Assembly: GCA_027923505.1 (NCBI GenBank)
Contig: BROI01000011.1
Coordinates: 682,001-746,000, forward strand
Source: Mayamaea pseudoterrestris
Taxonomy: Eukaryota
Length of the DNA stretch: 64,000 nucleotides
Direction: 5' to 3'
Shown here: one piece after another, positions 32,611 through 43,590 of the stretch
Position numbering within the stretch: position 1 is the first letter of the stretch
Layout of the letters: each line of letters begins with the position of its first letter
Translations under genes and position numbers: made by a program
The notes under the pieces: generated by a model
The model's database searches: none
Told to the model about the DNA's origin: nothing
Seen by the model: the letters and a program-made list of their open reading frames with translations, nothing else

Positions 32611-33285
32611 CATCCAAGGTCTACCGCGCCGCTCCATGACCTAATAATTACCACCGGCGTTGTCGCGCCCCACCCAACTTGTATTCCATTACATCGCGGT
32701 TACAATGAGCCATGGTAGGTTGTTGTAGCATGTAAAATGAGCATGTAATGGCCATACTTGTGAAGTGACTCCCAATCCGGTCTGCTGCGCCGCTCCGTTC
32801 CATGACCTCATAATTTCCACCGGCGCCGTCGCGTCCCACCTAACTTGTAGTCCATTCAATTGCGGGTAAAATGAGCCATGGTAGGTTGTTGTAGCGCTTA
32901 TAATGAGCATGTAATGGCCATTCTTGTGAAGTGACTTCCAATCCAAGGTCTGCTGCGCCGCTCCATTCCATGACCTCATAATTTCCACCGGCGCCGTCGC
33001 GTCCCACCTAACTTGTAGTCCATTCAATTGCGGGTAAAATGAGCCATGGTAGGTTGTTGTAGCGCTTATAATGAGCATGTAATGGCCATTCTTGTGAAGT
33101 GACTCCCAATTCCCAATCCAAAATCCAAATCCAAGGTCTGCTGCGCCGCTCCATTCCATGACCTCATAATTTCCACCGGCGCCATTGCGTCCCAACCAGC
33201 CTGTCTTCCATTAAATTTTGGTTACAATGAGCCAGGCAGGTTGTTGTAGCGCTTATAATGAGCATGTAATGGCCATTCTTATAGA
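32611..33285. repeat. Tandem satellite-like repeat, 4 copies of ~160-190 bp
   Basis: Unit ggtctgctgcgccgctccattccatgacctcataatttccaccggcgcc...gttgttgtagcgcttataatgagcatgtaatggccattcttgtgaagtgac starts at 32618, 32779, 32947, 33135; inner copies nearly identical. Confidence 0.95.
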
Positions 33286-33610
33286 GTACAAAAACAATTG
33301 AACACCATTTTATTGACTAGGCTGCGCAACAACAAAAGGTGCGACAAAACACCTCACCCGGCGCGCCTCCCGAGTATGTCCGTTTTTCTTGCCTCGCGGT
33401 ACATCTAGTAAAGCACATGCAACAGGTTCGGCTCGCGTTTGACCGATGACGTTGCGGTGACCCAGTCCCGCAGGGAACTCTCGCACGAGTGTGACGTCAC
33501 TCATGGCGAGAGTTTGCTGACTTCCCCCGGAATACACCATCGATTTTGCATGCACTTGTTCTTCGAAACGAACATGGCGAAAGGTGCCTTGAAAACGATT
33601 AAGTTAAAGC

Positions 33611-36600
33611 ATGAGACGATCGAAAAGCAACCCGGCGAAATATGCCAAAAACTACAGGTCCATCTCGCAGCGGCGCATGACAGAGTACGATGCACTGGAC
33701 GAAGACGCTGAGATTTTACGGCTGAAGCAAGTCATTCAGGACGGAACCGTGGGTGACAGTCGGCAGACTGAATCACTGACAAAGTTATCTTCACCAGAAA
33801 ACGAGAGGAATCAGCGAGTTAAGAATGCTAAAAATCCATATGCAGGAGTCTTGTCGGACGAGCTACTCGAAGAAGCTGGCGTCACTGATCCCTCTGAACT
33901 CTTGATTATGCCTGGCAGCAAGCCAAAGAAGCCCAAGCAGACGCAACCACAAGTAGTACTGACGCCTTTGGAGATTCGCCAAGCTAAATTGCAGCAAAAG
34001 AATGCACAACGAAAACTGAAACAACTGGAGCAACGAGCCAACCAAAAGCAGAAACGAGCTGAGCTTTACTCGAAGCTTAAGGAAACGGCAATTCAGTCGA
34101 GTCAAATGGAACTCTTGGAGTCTTCCTCCGATTTTACAAAAAAGAAGACAAAGCAAGAGAAGCTAAAACGACTGATTAAGAGAGAGCGGGCTGGTATCGA
34201 ATTGACGAGGGAAGAAAGAGAGCTCTTATATGTTGGACGGACAAGTGTCAGTGATACGCTTTGCATCCACCAGGCATTGCCCAACGATGGCTCGGATTTG
34301 CAACAATCAGTGTCAAACGGCCCGAGCAAAAAACGGAAATTAGCAAACGACATAGAAACTGCATGTAATTCTGATAAGACTACTAAGAAGGAGGATGCGA
34401 AAGAGGAGACAACTGTGGAGCCCGCCGGAGAGGCGAAAGATCCAATCGTCGACACTAAACCACAATCATTCGCAGCCATGATGCTTGCATCGCTGTCCAA
34501 GGTAAAAGAAGATAGCGAAAAACAGAATCAGCTTGGTGAGCAAGAAGAGACGAAAGGAAAGCTGGAAGCACTTGCTGTAGACCGCCCGTCGTCCGAACGA
34601 TATATAGCGCCGACACCAACAGTGGTGAAAACCGCAGCTGGGTTGGGAATGCGAAGCAAGAAGATCAAGTCACAGAATCATGTCATCGAGATCACCCGAC
34701 CTGAAGCTGTGCAAGCCGCTCGATTCGATCTCCCAGTCTCGGCAATGGAATATGAAGTCATGGATGCCATACGCAACAATGATGTTACTATTATTTGCGG
34801 AGAGACTGGAAGTGGAAAGAGTACGCAGATTCCTCAATTTGTTTACTCGGCTGGGCTCACGCAAACTCATGAAGGCCAGCAACAGTATCTCATTGGCGTT
34901 ACCCAACCGAGACGAGTCGCTGCAGTGTCAACGGCGAAGCGGGTGTGCTACGAAATGGGACAAGGCGACGGACAGTCGATTCGCAGCAAAGGAAACAGTG
35001 GCAATCTAGTGGCGTACCAAACACGATATGAAACCGCGGGAATTGGCTGTGACTGTCATGTCAAGTTTATGACGGATGGTATATTGTTACAAGAAATCCA
35101 GTCCGACTTATTGCTCCGCAAGTATTCGGTTATTGTGTTGGACGAGGCTCATGAGCGGAATCTCAACACTGATGTTCTCATCGGGCTTTTGAGTGTTGCA
35201 TTGCCGCTGCGTAAACAGGCGGTTGCAGAAGAAGCCTCGAACCTTGTGCCGCTTAAGCTCATCATCATGAGCGCTACCTTGCGCGTAGAAGATTTTACGT
35301 CAAATAAGAAGCTGTTTCCACTGTGTCAGCCAGCGGTGGTGACAATTCCCGGACGAACGCATCCTGTTACAATCCACCACAGTAAGGTAACAGAGCTAGT
35401 CGATTATGAAGATGAAGCGTCGCGAAAAGTTTGCAAGATTCATCGAAAACTTCCGCCCGGCGGCATTTTAGTATTTCTTACTGGGCGGCAAGAAATCATT
35501 CGCATGGTCAATCGACTTCGGCGAGCGTTGTGCAAGGCAGATATAATTTCACAAGCTGCCGACATACATATTTCGCAGAATTCTGATGATGCACCTACGC
35601 CTCGTGATATGGACGACGACGAGCTGGACGGTGACCTTTATGGACCGACCGGCGATGAGGATGAAGGAGCGACTGAGCTGGCCGATTTGCAGCCTTTAAT
35701 TGACAAGGATGCGGACGGAAATATACCGCGCAAAGCATACGTTCTTCCGCTGTATTCGCTCTTGTCAGCAGACGAGCAAGCCAAAATTTTTGCTCCTGTT
35801 CCTGACGGTCACCGCTTGATCGTCGTGTCGACAAATATTGCTGAGACATCCTTGACAATCCCAGGCATTTCTTATGTCGTCGATACCGGTCGACAAAAGT
35901 GCCGTAATTTCAACGTCCAAACTGGCGTCTCTTCATTTGACATCTCCTGGATCAGCAAGGCCGCGGCAAATCAACGTGCTGGCAGAGCTGGGCGGACTTC
36001 TGCAGGACACTGTTACCGGTTGTACTCGAGCAGCATGTTCACCCGTCACATGAAGAATTTCGCTCAGCCAGAGGTATTAATCAGGCCTTTGGAAGATGTG
36101 GTACTTGCCATGAAAGCGATGAAAATATCCAACGTATCATGCTTTCCATTCCCAACACCACCGGCGAAAAATCAGTTGCTGTCTGCGACGCAGCTTCTCG
36201 CCAACATTGGATGCTTAGTACCGTCAGTTGACCCAGGCAGCGATGGCGAGATTACTAGACTTGGGTCAGCAGTTGCGCAGCTTCCTCTTGGCGTCCGTTA
36301 CGGCAAAATTCTTCTCGTTGGAGCGCAAGCAGGCGTCTTGGATTACATCATTCCCGTTGTCGCTGTCCTGTCGGAGGTGAGCCCGTTCAAGACAAGTGGC
36401 GATCGTTCCGTCACGACGGACGAAAAGGATGGCGACAATGACGATTCAGTTTTGGGGAGTGATGATTCTGAAAAGCACGAAGCCAAAACCATACCAAAGA
36501 AATGGTTTGTCAAAGGTGGCGACGTTCTTGCCGCAGTGTTGGCACTAGGCGGATACACGTACGCTGGACGCGGAGCGGGTGGCGCAAGCGAAAAGGCTGC

Positions 36601-37603
36601 TTGCGAGAAATTTTGCGAGGACAACGGTCTAAATCCGACAGTTATGTTTCGCATTCAAAAGATGAGAATTCATCTTGCGCGACTAGCAGGGCATCGCCTT
36701 CGAGATGCGTCTGGTATTGCAGCAAAGACGGGCGGCATTGTCAGCTCGATGCCTCCCCCCGACAAGCTGCAGGAACGCTTGCTGTGCCAAGCGATTGCGT
36801 CAGGTCTTCTTGACAATGTCGCCATGCTTGCACCTCCAGGTTCAATCCCAGGCGACCATCCTTACAGTTTAAGGTCAGCGTACGTTAGCTGTACACTCAG
36901 TACCCGCGAGCCTTTGTTCATGGACCGCAACAGCGTATTGTATTCTCGCGATTCGAGGCAGCTGCCTCAGTGGGTTTGCTATGATTCTCTCTTGCAAAAG
37001 ACACACAAGGATGGGACAAGCTTTGCCGTAATGAAAGATATTACTCCAATCGATCCGTCATGGCTGGGCAGAATTGCAACAGGAAGCGCACTGTTGCGCC
37101 TTGGCGAGCCAAAACCGATTCCGCCACCATTGTACGACGCGGACAAGGATGCTATTCTGTGTCACGTGAGCACCATTTTTGGTCGACATGGTTGGGAGAT
37201 TCCACCTCTCCAAGTTGACATGTATAATGCGCTTCAGAAGCTGCCTGGAAAGCAGTCAGCTCATTTTGCAATGGACGACTCGTTTCGATGGTTTGCGCGC
37301 TTTCTTTTGGAGGGCAAGGTACTTGTCGAGCTGGCTGATTTACCAGGCATGTTGAATGACACGCCTTCGTTGTTGACGCGCAAGGCTACCACGAAGAAGG
37401 CAGTTTTTCTCGTGTCGGCACTTTCTAGTGCAGGAGTTGATACCGCTGCGGCGCTGCAAAAACATTGGGCCGAAGTAGACGATAAGTTTTTGTTTAAGCA
37501 TCTGCGTCCGTGGATCAAAGCCGAGTATGTTGAAGACGCCAAGCGACTTTGGATTAGTACTGTCAAGAGAAAAGTGGCTGAATGGCGGAGTAATAAGAAT
37601 TAA
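33611..37603 (+). CDS. DHX37: DEAH-box RNA helicase DHX37/Dhr1 (SSU processome)
   Basis: GETGSGKSTQIPQF, TQPRRVAAVS, FMTDGILLQE, LDEAHERNLNTDVLIG, IMSATLRV, KIHRKLPPGGILVFLTG, QRAGRAGR, NVSCFPFPTPP. Confidence 0.93.
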   Translation: MRRSKSNPAKYAKNYRSISQRRMTEYDALDEDAEILRLKQVIQDGTVGDSRQTESLTKLSSPENERNQRVKNAKNPYAGVLSDELLEEAGVTDPSELLIMPGSKPKKPKQTQPQVVLTPLEIRQAKLQQKNAQRKLKQLEQRANQKQKRAELYSKLKETAIQSSQMELLESSSDFTKKKTKQEKLKRLIKRERAGIELTREERELLYVGRTSVSDTLCIHQALPNDGSDLQQSVSNGPSKKRKLANDIETACNSDKTTKKEDAKEETTVEPAGEAKDPIVDTKPQSFAAMMLASLSKVKEDSEKQNQLGEQEETKGKLEALAVDRPSSERYIAPTPTVVKTAAGLGMRSKKIKSQNHVIEITRPEAVQAARFDLPVSAMEYEVMDAIRNNDVTIICGETGSGKSTQIPQFVYSAGLTQTHEGQQQYLIGVTQPRRVAAVSTAKRVCYEMGQGDGQSIRSKGNSGNLVAYQTRYETAGIGCDCHVKFMTDGILLQEIQSDLLLRKYSVIVLDEAHERNLNTDVLIGLLSVALPLRKQAVAEEASNLVPLKLIIMSATLRVEDFTSNKKLFPLCQPAVVTIPGRTHPVTIHHSKVTELVDYEDEASRKVCKIHRKLPPGGILVFLTGRQEIIRMVNRLRRALCKADIISQAADIHISQNSDDAPTPRDMDDDELDGDLYGPTGDEDEGATELADLQPLIDKDADGNIPRKAYVLPLYSLLSADEQAKIFAPVPDGHRLIVVSTNIAETSLTIPGISYVVDTGRQKCRNFNVQTGVSSFDISWISKAAANQRAGRAGRTSAGHCYRLYSSSMFTRHMKNFAQPEVLIRPLEDVVLAMKAMKISNVSCFPFPTPPAKNQLLSATQLLANIGCLVPSVDPGSDGEITRLGSAVAQLPLGVRYGKILLVGAQAGVLDYIIPVVAVLSEVSPFKTSGDRSVTTDEKDGDNDDSVLGSDDSEKHEAKTIPKKWFVKGGDVLAAVLALGGYTYAGRGAGGASEKAACEKFCEDNGLNPTVMFRIQKMRIHLARLAGHRLRDASGIAAKTGGIVSSMPPPDKLQERLLCQAIASGLLDNVAMLAPPGSIPGDHPYSLRSAYVSCTLSTREPLFMDRNSVLYSRDSRQLPQWVCYDSLLQKTHKDGTSFAVMKDITPIDPSWLGRIATGSALLRLGEPKPIPPPLYDADKDAILCHVSTIFGRHGWEIPPLQVDMYNALQKLPGKQSAHFAMDDSFRWFARFLLEGKVLVELADLPGMLNDTPSLLTRKATTKKAVFLVSALSSAGVDTAAALQKHWAEVDDKFLFKHLRPWIKAEYVEDAKRLWISTVKRKVAEWRSNKN

Positions 37604-37883
37604 CATAAGAAAGGATGACTTTGTATCTACTGGTAGCTACAGTACGGTATGAACTACCGTAGGTTTTACATGACGTTACCCGTCGGCTGTGATAGTTGAG
37701 ACCGTCTTCAAGAGTAATGATAGCTACCGAGGACGAATTGTGAAGTGATGTCGTGCAAAACTCGTACCGGTACCCAATGACATAAAACTGCATGCGTTTC
37801 TCGACCATGGAAGATTTCTCACAAACCCACGCTCGTTCTACAGCGAACAAGGCCATCTTCCACTCTTTCGTCATTTGAGCATT

Positions 37884-38625
37884 ATGAGCACTAAATCTGT
37901 TCATAATGATTCCAAGATGTCCGCAAGTAAGCCTCGTGGCGCACCCAAAAGGTCTTTGTCGTCGGCGCCAACAATAAATCTCGACGAAAGAATGGACGTC
38001 GTTCTCGCTAACAACTGGAATGCTAGCGGTGAATGCACCATGCTGATTCAGATTGATCCAGACGACGCAGCTGATTTGGAGTTGGAAGGAAGTCAGGGAG
38101 TTGTTGGACGTATTGAAACGGATGATGAAGGAGGTGAGTGTGTATGCTTTATGCACTGCATGTTTTCGGCGAGCGAGCGAGCAATGGGAAATACAGCATA
38201 GGACAAGACTATTTGTCTCACTCACAGTTATTGACTTCACAGTTATTCTAGATCTCAAGGGAAAACAATACCGTGGAAGAATCTTCCCAGGTCCTACTGC
38301 CATGGTGCTTTCAGTCTCGTCCAAGACGGACGTTCCACAGCTCAAGGTTGAAGCGGTGACAGATGAATTTGTTCGGCTTCAAACGATTGGCAAATCCATG
38401 GACAAATTCCAAGCCAAGACAGTTGGAGACATGGACGAGTATCTAGTTGACAACGATGAAGACGTGAATCGCAATCGCAAAGTCAAGAGCAAGAGCAGTG
38501 TCGGCGAGTTGGAGCAGTCGTCCGGCCAAGAGCTTGCTAACCATCAACCAGCTTCCAAGCGAAAAGCTACTTCGGCGAACAAGGGGTCGTTGGCCAAGAA
38601 GAGAAAGCCATCGGCAAAGAAGTAA
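37884..38625 (+). CDS. BIN4: BIN4/MIDGET-like protein (topoisomerase VI accessory subunit), ~210 aa; exons 37884-38133, 38243-38625
   Basis: Intron 38134-38242 (g|gtgagt...cacag|tt). The spliced core LELEGSQGVVGRI..VILDLKGKQYRGRIFPGPTAMVLSV..LKVEAVTDEFVRL follows the recalled plant BIN4 C-terminal domain; basic NLS-like tail. Confidence 0.7.
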
Positions 38626-38800
38626 TAGCGACGAAACTTGCTTCTTCTACCCACATTATGGAATGCTGACTTACTAAAAGTGTACAAACGTTGGAATATT
38701 ATGATGACATGTTACATTTGAGTTAACGTTTTTTGACTAGCTGCATTGAAACTATATATGAATTGTGAATGGATGGAACTCGCTCGATGGAAGAGAATCC

Positions 38801-41800
38801 TTATGCGCGGGACCGCCGAAGCGTTCCAGTTCGTTTCAGTTTGCGACTGTTGCCATTGCTCGTGCTCGAGTCGCCACCACTGCTACTGGTAGTCTTACCT
38901 CCAGTGGCTCCTCCGCTGGTATTGCCACTGTCAGTGCCTCCTTCGGTTTCAGTGTTGCTGGTTTCGCTGTCAAGGGCGCCACTGCCTCCGATCAATTTGG
39001 AATCGTTCCCACTGCTGGTATTACCTCCAGTGGTGCCTCCGCTGGTGTTGTCTCCACTACCAGTTTTGCCGCCAGTGGTGCCTCCACTGGTGTTGTCTCC
39101 GCTACTGCTTGTCTTGCCTCCAGTGGCTCCTCCGCTGGTGTTGCCACTGTCAATGCTACCATCGACTCCGGCGTTGCTGCTGCTATCGCCGCCAGTTGCA
39201 CCGCTGCCTCCACTGCTGCTGTCGCTGTCACCAGCTTTGCCCCCAGTGCTATCTCCTCCCTTGCCTTCGTCACCACTGCTATCGGCGCCTCCTCCACCTG
39301 AAGTGGGCGTGGACTTGGTCGTTGGCGACTTGACTTCCACTTCTGGAACCTTTGTGGTTGGAGCTATAACGATTGGCTCACCAATATCACCTGGTGTTGG
39401 CGGAGGCGGAAGAATTGTTTCGGTGGGTGGAACTGTTCCCTTCGGAGCCGGCGTGCCACCAGGAATGACGCCTGCAACTGGTGAGTCGCTGCTGCGTCCG
39501 CCGATGGGTCGGAATGTGCCTCCGTTAAATGCACCTGGAGCGAGTGATCCCTTTGATGCGCCAGGGGCGTTGGTCACAGTGGGAACCTTCGGAGCGAATG
39601 TAATTGCTGGAATGCCAGGTGCAGTTGTGACCGGACTTGAAGCTGTGAAAAGCGATAAAGGGATGAGTGCGATGCCCTCTGCGATTAGTCTGATGGAAGT
39701 GCAATTTGTTACGAACCTGGTGGCGGAGGGATCACGGTCGCAGTTGGAAAGCTTGCAGCAACAGGCGGCATACTTCCGAGTCCGAGAGCAGGTGCCATCG
39801 TTCCACTGCCAACGCTTGGTGCGAGCGGTGTGCTTTTCGTAGGTGGTTGAGTCATCTCGGGAGCTTCAGGCGGAACAGTCAAACCACCCTTCGATGCCTG
39901 TGGAGCGTTACTTGCACCAGGGCTACCAACTGCAATGTAAAACACATTTGTGTTAGTGCACATTTCCCAAACTTTTTAAAACAGTGACAATGAGATGCGA
40001 CTTACCGGGTGGAGGAGTAAGAATAGTACTCGTTGGAACGCCTCCGTTTGTAGGCGGCGGCAAAGCACCACCTGTTGGAGGAGCGATAATAGTATTTGTC
40101 GGAACTCCACCGCTTGTTGGCGGTGGCAGAGCACCACCTGTTGGAGGAGTGACAATAGTATTCGTCGGAGCGCCACCGCTTGTTGTCGGCGGCGGCAAAG
40201 CACCACCTGTTGGAGGAGCAACAATCGTATTCGTCGGAACGCCACCGCTTGTTGTTGGCGGCGGCAGAGCACCACCTGTTGGAGGAGCAACAATCGTATT
40301 CGTCGGAACGCCACCGCTTGTTGTTGGCGGCGGCAGAGCACCACCTGGGACTTGCGGTGGTGGAGTCATTCCCGATGCAGTTGGGACGCCGGTGGTTGGT
40401 TGCAGGCCACCACCTCCAAGGGCTGGTGCATTCGTGCCGACTCCATTCGCAGGCGCATTGGTGATTTCGGACGCCACAGGAGGTGCTGTGGTGTCTGAAA
40501 CAGGCGGTGGAAGGCTTCCGCTAATTGGTCTATAGGTGCCTCCGTTGAATGCCCCTGGGGCCAGTGATCCTTTCGATGCCCCTGGTGCACTGGTTAACGT
40601 GGGGACAGCAATTGGACTTGTCGCTGTAAATAGAGATGTTCAAGCAAATGTTAGCTTTTCATCACTTCACAAAATCTCATTGATTGGCCCTGAAAGGTGA
40701 CTTACCGGGAGGCTGAGTAATCACCGAAGTGGTTGGGACGCCTGTAGTAGGCAGCAGACCGCCACCTCCAAGAGCTGGTGCATTTGTGCCGACTCCAGCC
40801 GCAGGCGCATTGGTGATTTCTGGGACTTGAGGCGGAGGAGTGCTTCCTCCAATGGGTCTAAAAGTACCTCCATTAAATGCGCCTGGCGCAAGGGATCCTT
40901 TCGACGCTCCTGGGGCACTAGTCAAAGTTGGGACGGTGACTGTTGGAACACCTGCGGTTGGCAATAAACCACCACCTCCAAGAGCTGGTGCATTTGTGCC
41001 GACTCCAGCCGCCGGCGCATTGGTGATTTCTGGACCACCACCTCCAAGAGCTGGTGCATTTGTGCCGACTCCAGCCGCCGGCGCATTGGTGATTTCTGGG
41101 ACTTGAGGCGGAGGAGTGCTTCCTCCAATGGGTCTAAAAGTACCTCCATTAAATGCGCCTGGCGCAAGGGATCCTTTTGACGCTCCTGGAGCGCTAGTCA
41201 AAGTTGGGACGGTGACTGTTGGAACACCTGCGGTTGGCAATAAACCACCACCTCCAAGAGCTGGTGCATTTGTGCCGACTCCAGCCGCCGGCGCATTGGT
41301 AATTTCTGGTGCCACAGGAGGCGCTGTGCTGTCTGGTGTTCTGGGCGAGACTGGAACTGATGGAGTTTTCCCTTTGGATGTACCGGCTGTTGGTGTTTCA
41401 CCCTTCGTTGGCTTCCCCATGGACGGAGCGGATGTACTAGGAGCAGAGGTTGCTGCAGGGAGAACAGGAGGCAACGTCGCCGGGACCCCTGGAACTGACG
41501 TTGTAGGGAGTCCCGGGGACGATGTTGCTGGAAGGCCTGGAGTAGGTGTTGCTGGAATACCTGGAACGATTGAGAAAACAAGTTGACAAATTTGTGAGTG
41601 CAATGTTGTGAGAGTGAACAGATTTCACATACCATGACGCACCTGGAGAATTTGTTCCAACCGCGGTCGGGAACTCAGGCATGGCTGGCGGAGATGTTAT
41701 TCCGTGAAACACTGTTGGAGCAAGGGTTGCAGTCGGACCACCCGGCAAAACTGGTGGCGGCGATACAACTGAAGTGCTCGGGGCCAAGGTTGGGCTTTGC

Positions 41801-43079
41801 GCTCCGGTAGAGAAGGTGTACGATCCAGATCCGACGCAAGTTTGTCCATTTGAGTCAGTGCCGATAATTTCAATGCTGAAGCTGTACGATGAGTCTTCAG
41901 TGATGTCAATTGTGGCCGGGATAATGACAGGGGGAATGTTACCGGCAGGAAGGAATGCTCCCTCGAACTCCAACGTCAGGTCAGGAATGTCTCCTTCGTA
42001 GTCGGTGGCGACGCTGACACTGTCGACTGTGATACCGGCACCGGCCGCGCTGGGAATATCGACTCCAATGGTGAATGTGACGTTCGCATTTGCGGATACA
42101 TCGCCTTGCTCGACATTATACCATTCGACGACTTGAGAGGCACCGAATCGATCATTGAGGGCCAAATTACTCGTACAAGTGGTTGAAAAATCAACAACCT
42201 GCAACAAACTGTCTTCAGACTTGTCAGCGGAGCTGTAGATGGAAATGCGCACGTCTCTTGCGAAGCGATCGTCATTGTCATTCAAGGTGTAAGTGTCTCC
42301 AACCTTAACCCAGTCATCATGGTACTCGGCATTTTCGCCATCGAAGGAGGCAACATGAATCCATGAATCCGTACCATCCTCAGTCGGGGGACCACCCTGA
42401 AAGTCTTCACATGAGAACGCGTCGCCTTGGGTGTTAAAACTTTGGGAGCAGTCGCCACCAGTGTAACGCAGTTCCATTGAGCGCGGACGATCCGTGCACA
42501 GCTGTGTTGATGAAGGCGGAAGGTCGCAAGAAGTGCCATCGACATATGCGCAGTCAATGGTAATGTTGTAGTCACAAATGCCTGGCGCTGTAGGAGCGAA
42601 AGGTGATGGCATCAACGTCTGACTCGCCGCCGGTGGCATGGTGATGCTTGGCGAAGGAGGCGTGGTGATGGGAGTCGTTGGGCTTTCAATCACACTCGAG
42701 GTGGGCGGGAGGGTGAACGGCGAGGGCATGTCTGTTGCAGGAGGCATGGTGACCGAAGTTGTCGGAAGTGCCGTCTCACCAGAAATAGGCGGACTCGTGC
42801 CTGGCCCAGACGGACTAACAATTCAAAGGCAAAATGACAGTGTGTGTTAGTTTTCATCCGAGAGAACGCCATACTCGCTCTCTATACATTTTCATAAGCT
42901 TACATAGTTGGCGGAAGAGTTGGCGCTTTAGCCGGGATACTCATGCTTATCTCGTTGCTGACAAAGTTCTGCCAGAATCCTTCTTCTGGGTTTGCGTCGG
43001 CATCTTGCATAAGCGCCGCTCCGCTAATCGCAATGAGCGAGTGTGCAGCAAGAGCGTAGACTGCGAGGCGTCCAAACAT
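38801..43079 (-). CDS. Secreted Pro/Thr/Gly-rich mucin-like protein with one Cys-containing globular domain, ~1291 aa; exons 43079-42904, 42814-41643, 41560-40706, 40623-40006, 39929-39717, 39642-38801
   Basis: Signal peptide MFGRLAVYALAAHSLIAISGA. Five GT-AG introns (42815-42903, 41561-41642, 40624-40705, 39930-40005, 39643-39716) join the minus-strand ORFs into 3876 nt in one frame. Confidence 0.85.
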
Positions 43080-43590
43080 GATAGAGGTGCTGAAAAGTAA
43101 AGGTCGTCAAAGGAAGCTGACTGATCGACACTTCACAAGATTTTCAAATTGAAATTATGAAGAGCACCAGAACGTTCCCCGGACAAGCAGCTACTCAGTT
43201 TCATGCGTTGCAACGTAAGCACATATAGGTTGGAAGCGTTGCCTTTGCCTTCATTTAGGCAACAAGGTGAGCAGAACGGCGATGCCATTATCAATCAACG
43301 GTCTCGCGTCTTCCAAATTCTTCGGTGCGCAATGCGCGTCGCGGACCGTCAATCCCGCCAAATCAGGTGTAAGGTAAATGCAAAATGTCAATCGCTCATT
43401 TGTTCGGCTACCTTAAGTAATCTAACGGTCAACATCGATGAGTCACACAAGCTGTGGCCCGGCACGCGCGTCGCATCCATCACCACCGAAATCTGAATTC
43501 GACCATGAGAGAACGACTCGACGACACAAGCTGCCTTTGAATCAACGAGATCGTCTGCATCAAGTCTTAAGCTAAAGCTAACCTAATACT

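Noticed and set aside
32648..33195. ORFs with duplicated peptides (168 aa and 63 aa)
   Set aside because: Translations of the ~168-bp DNA repeat; flanking units are frameshifted and no protein motif is evident.
38765..39842. Plus-strand ORFs of 357 aa (Leu/Pro/Val-rich) and 178 aa, and similar ORFs at 39984-41586
   Set aside because: Antisense shadows of the repetitive Gly/Thr/Pro/Ser codons of the minus-strand mucin-like gene, which has the signal peptide and consistent splice sites.
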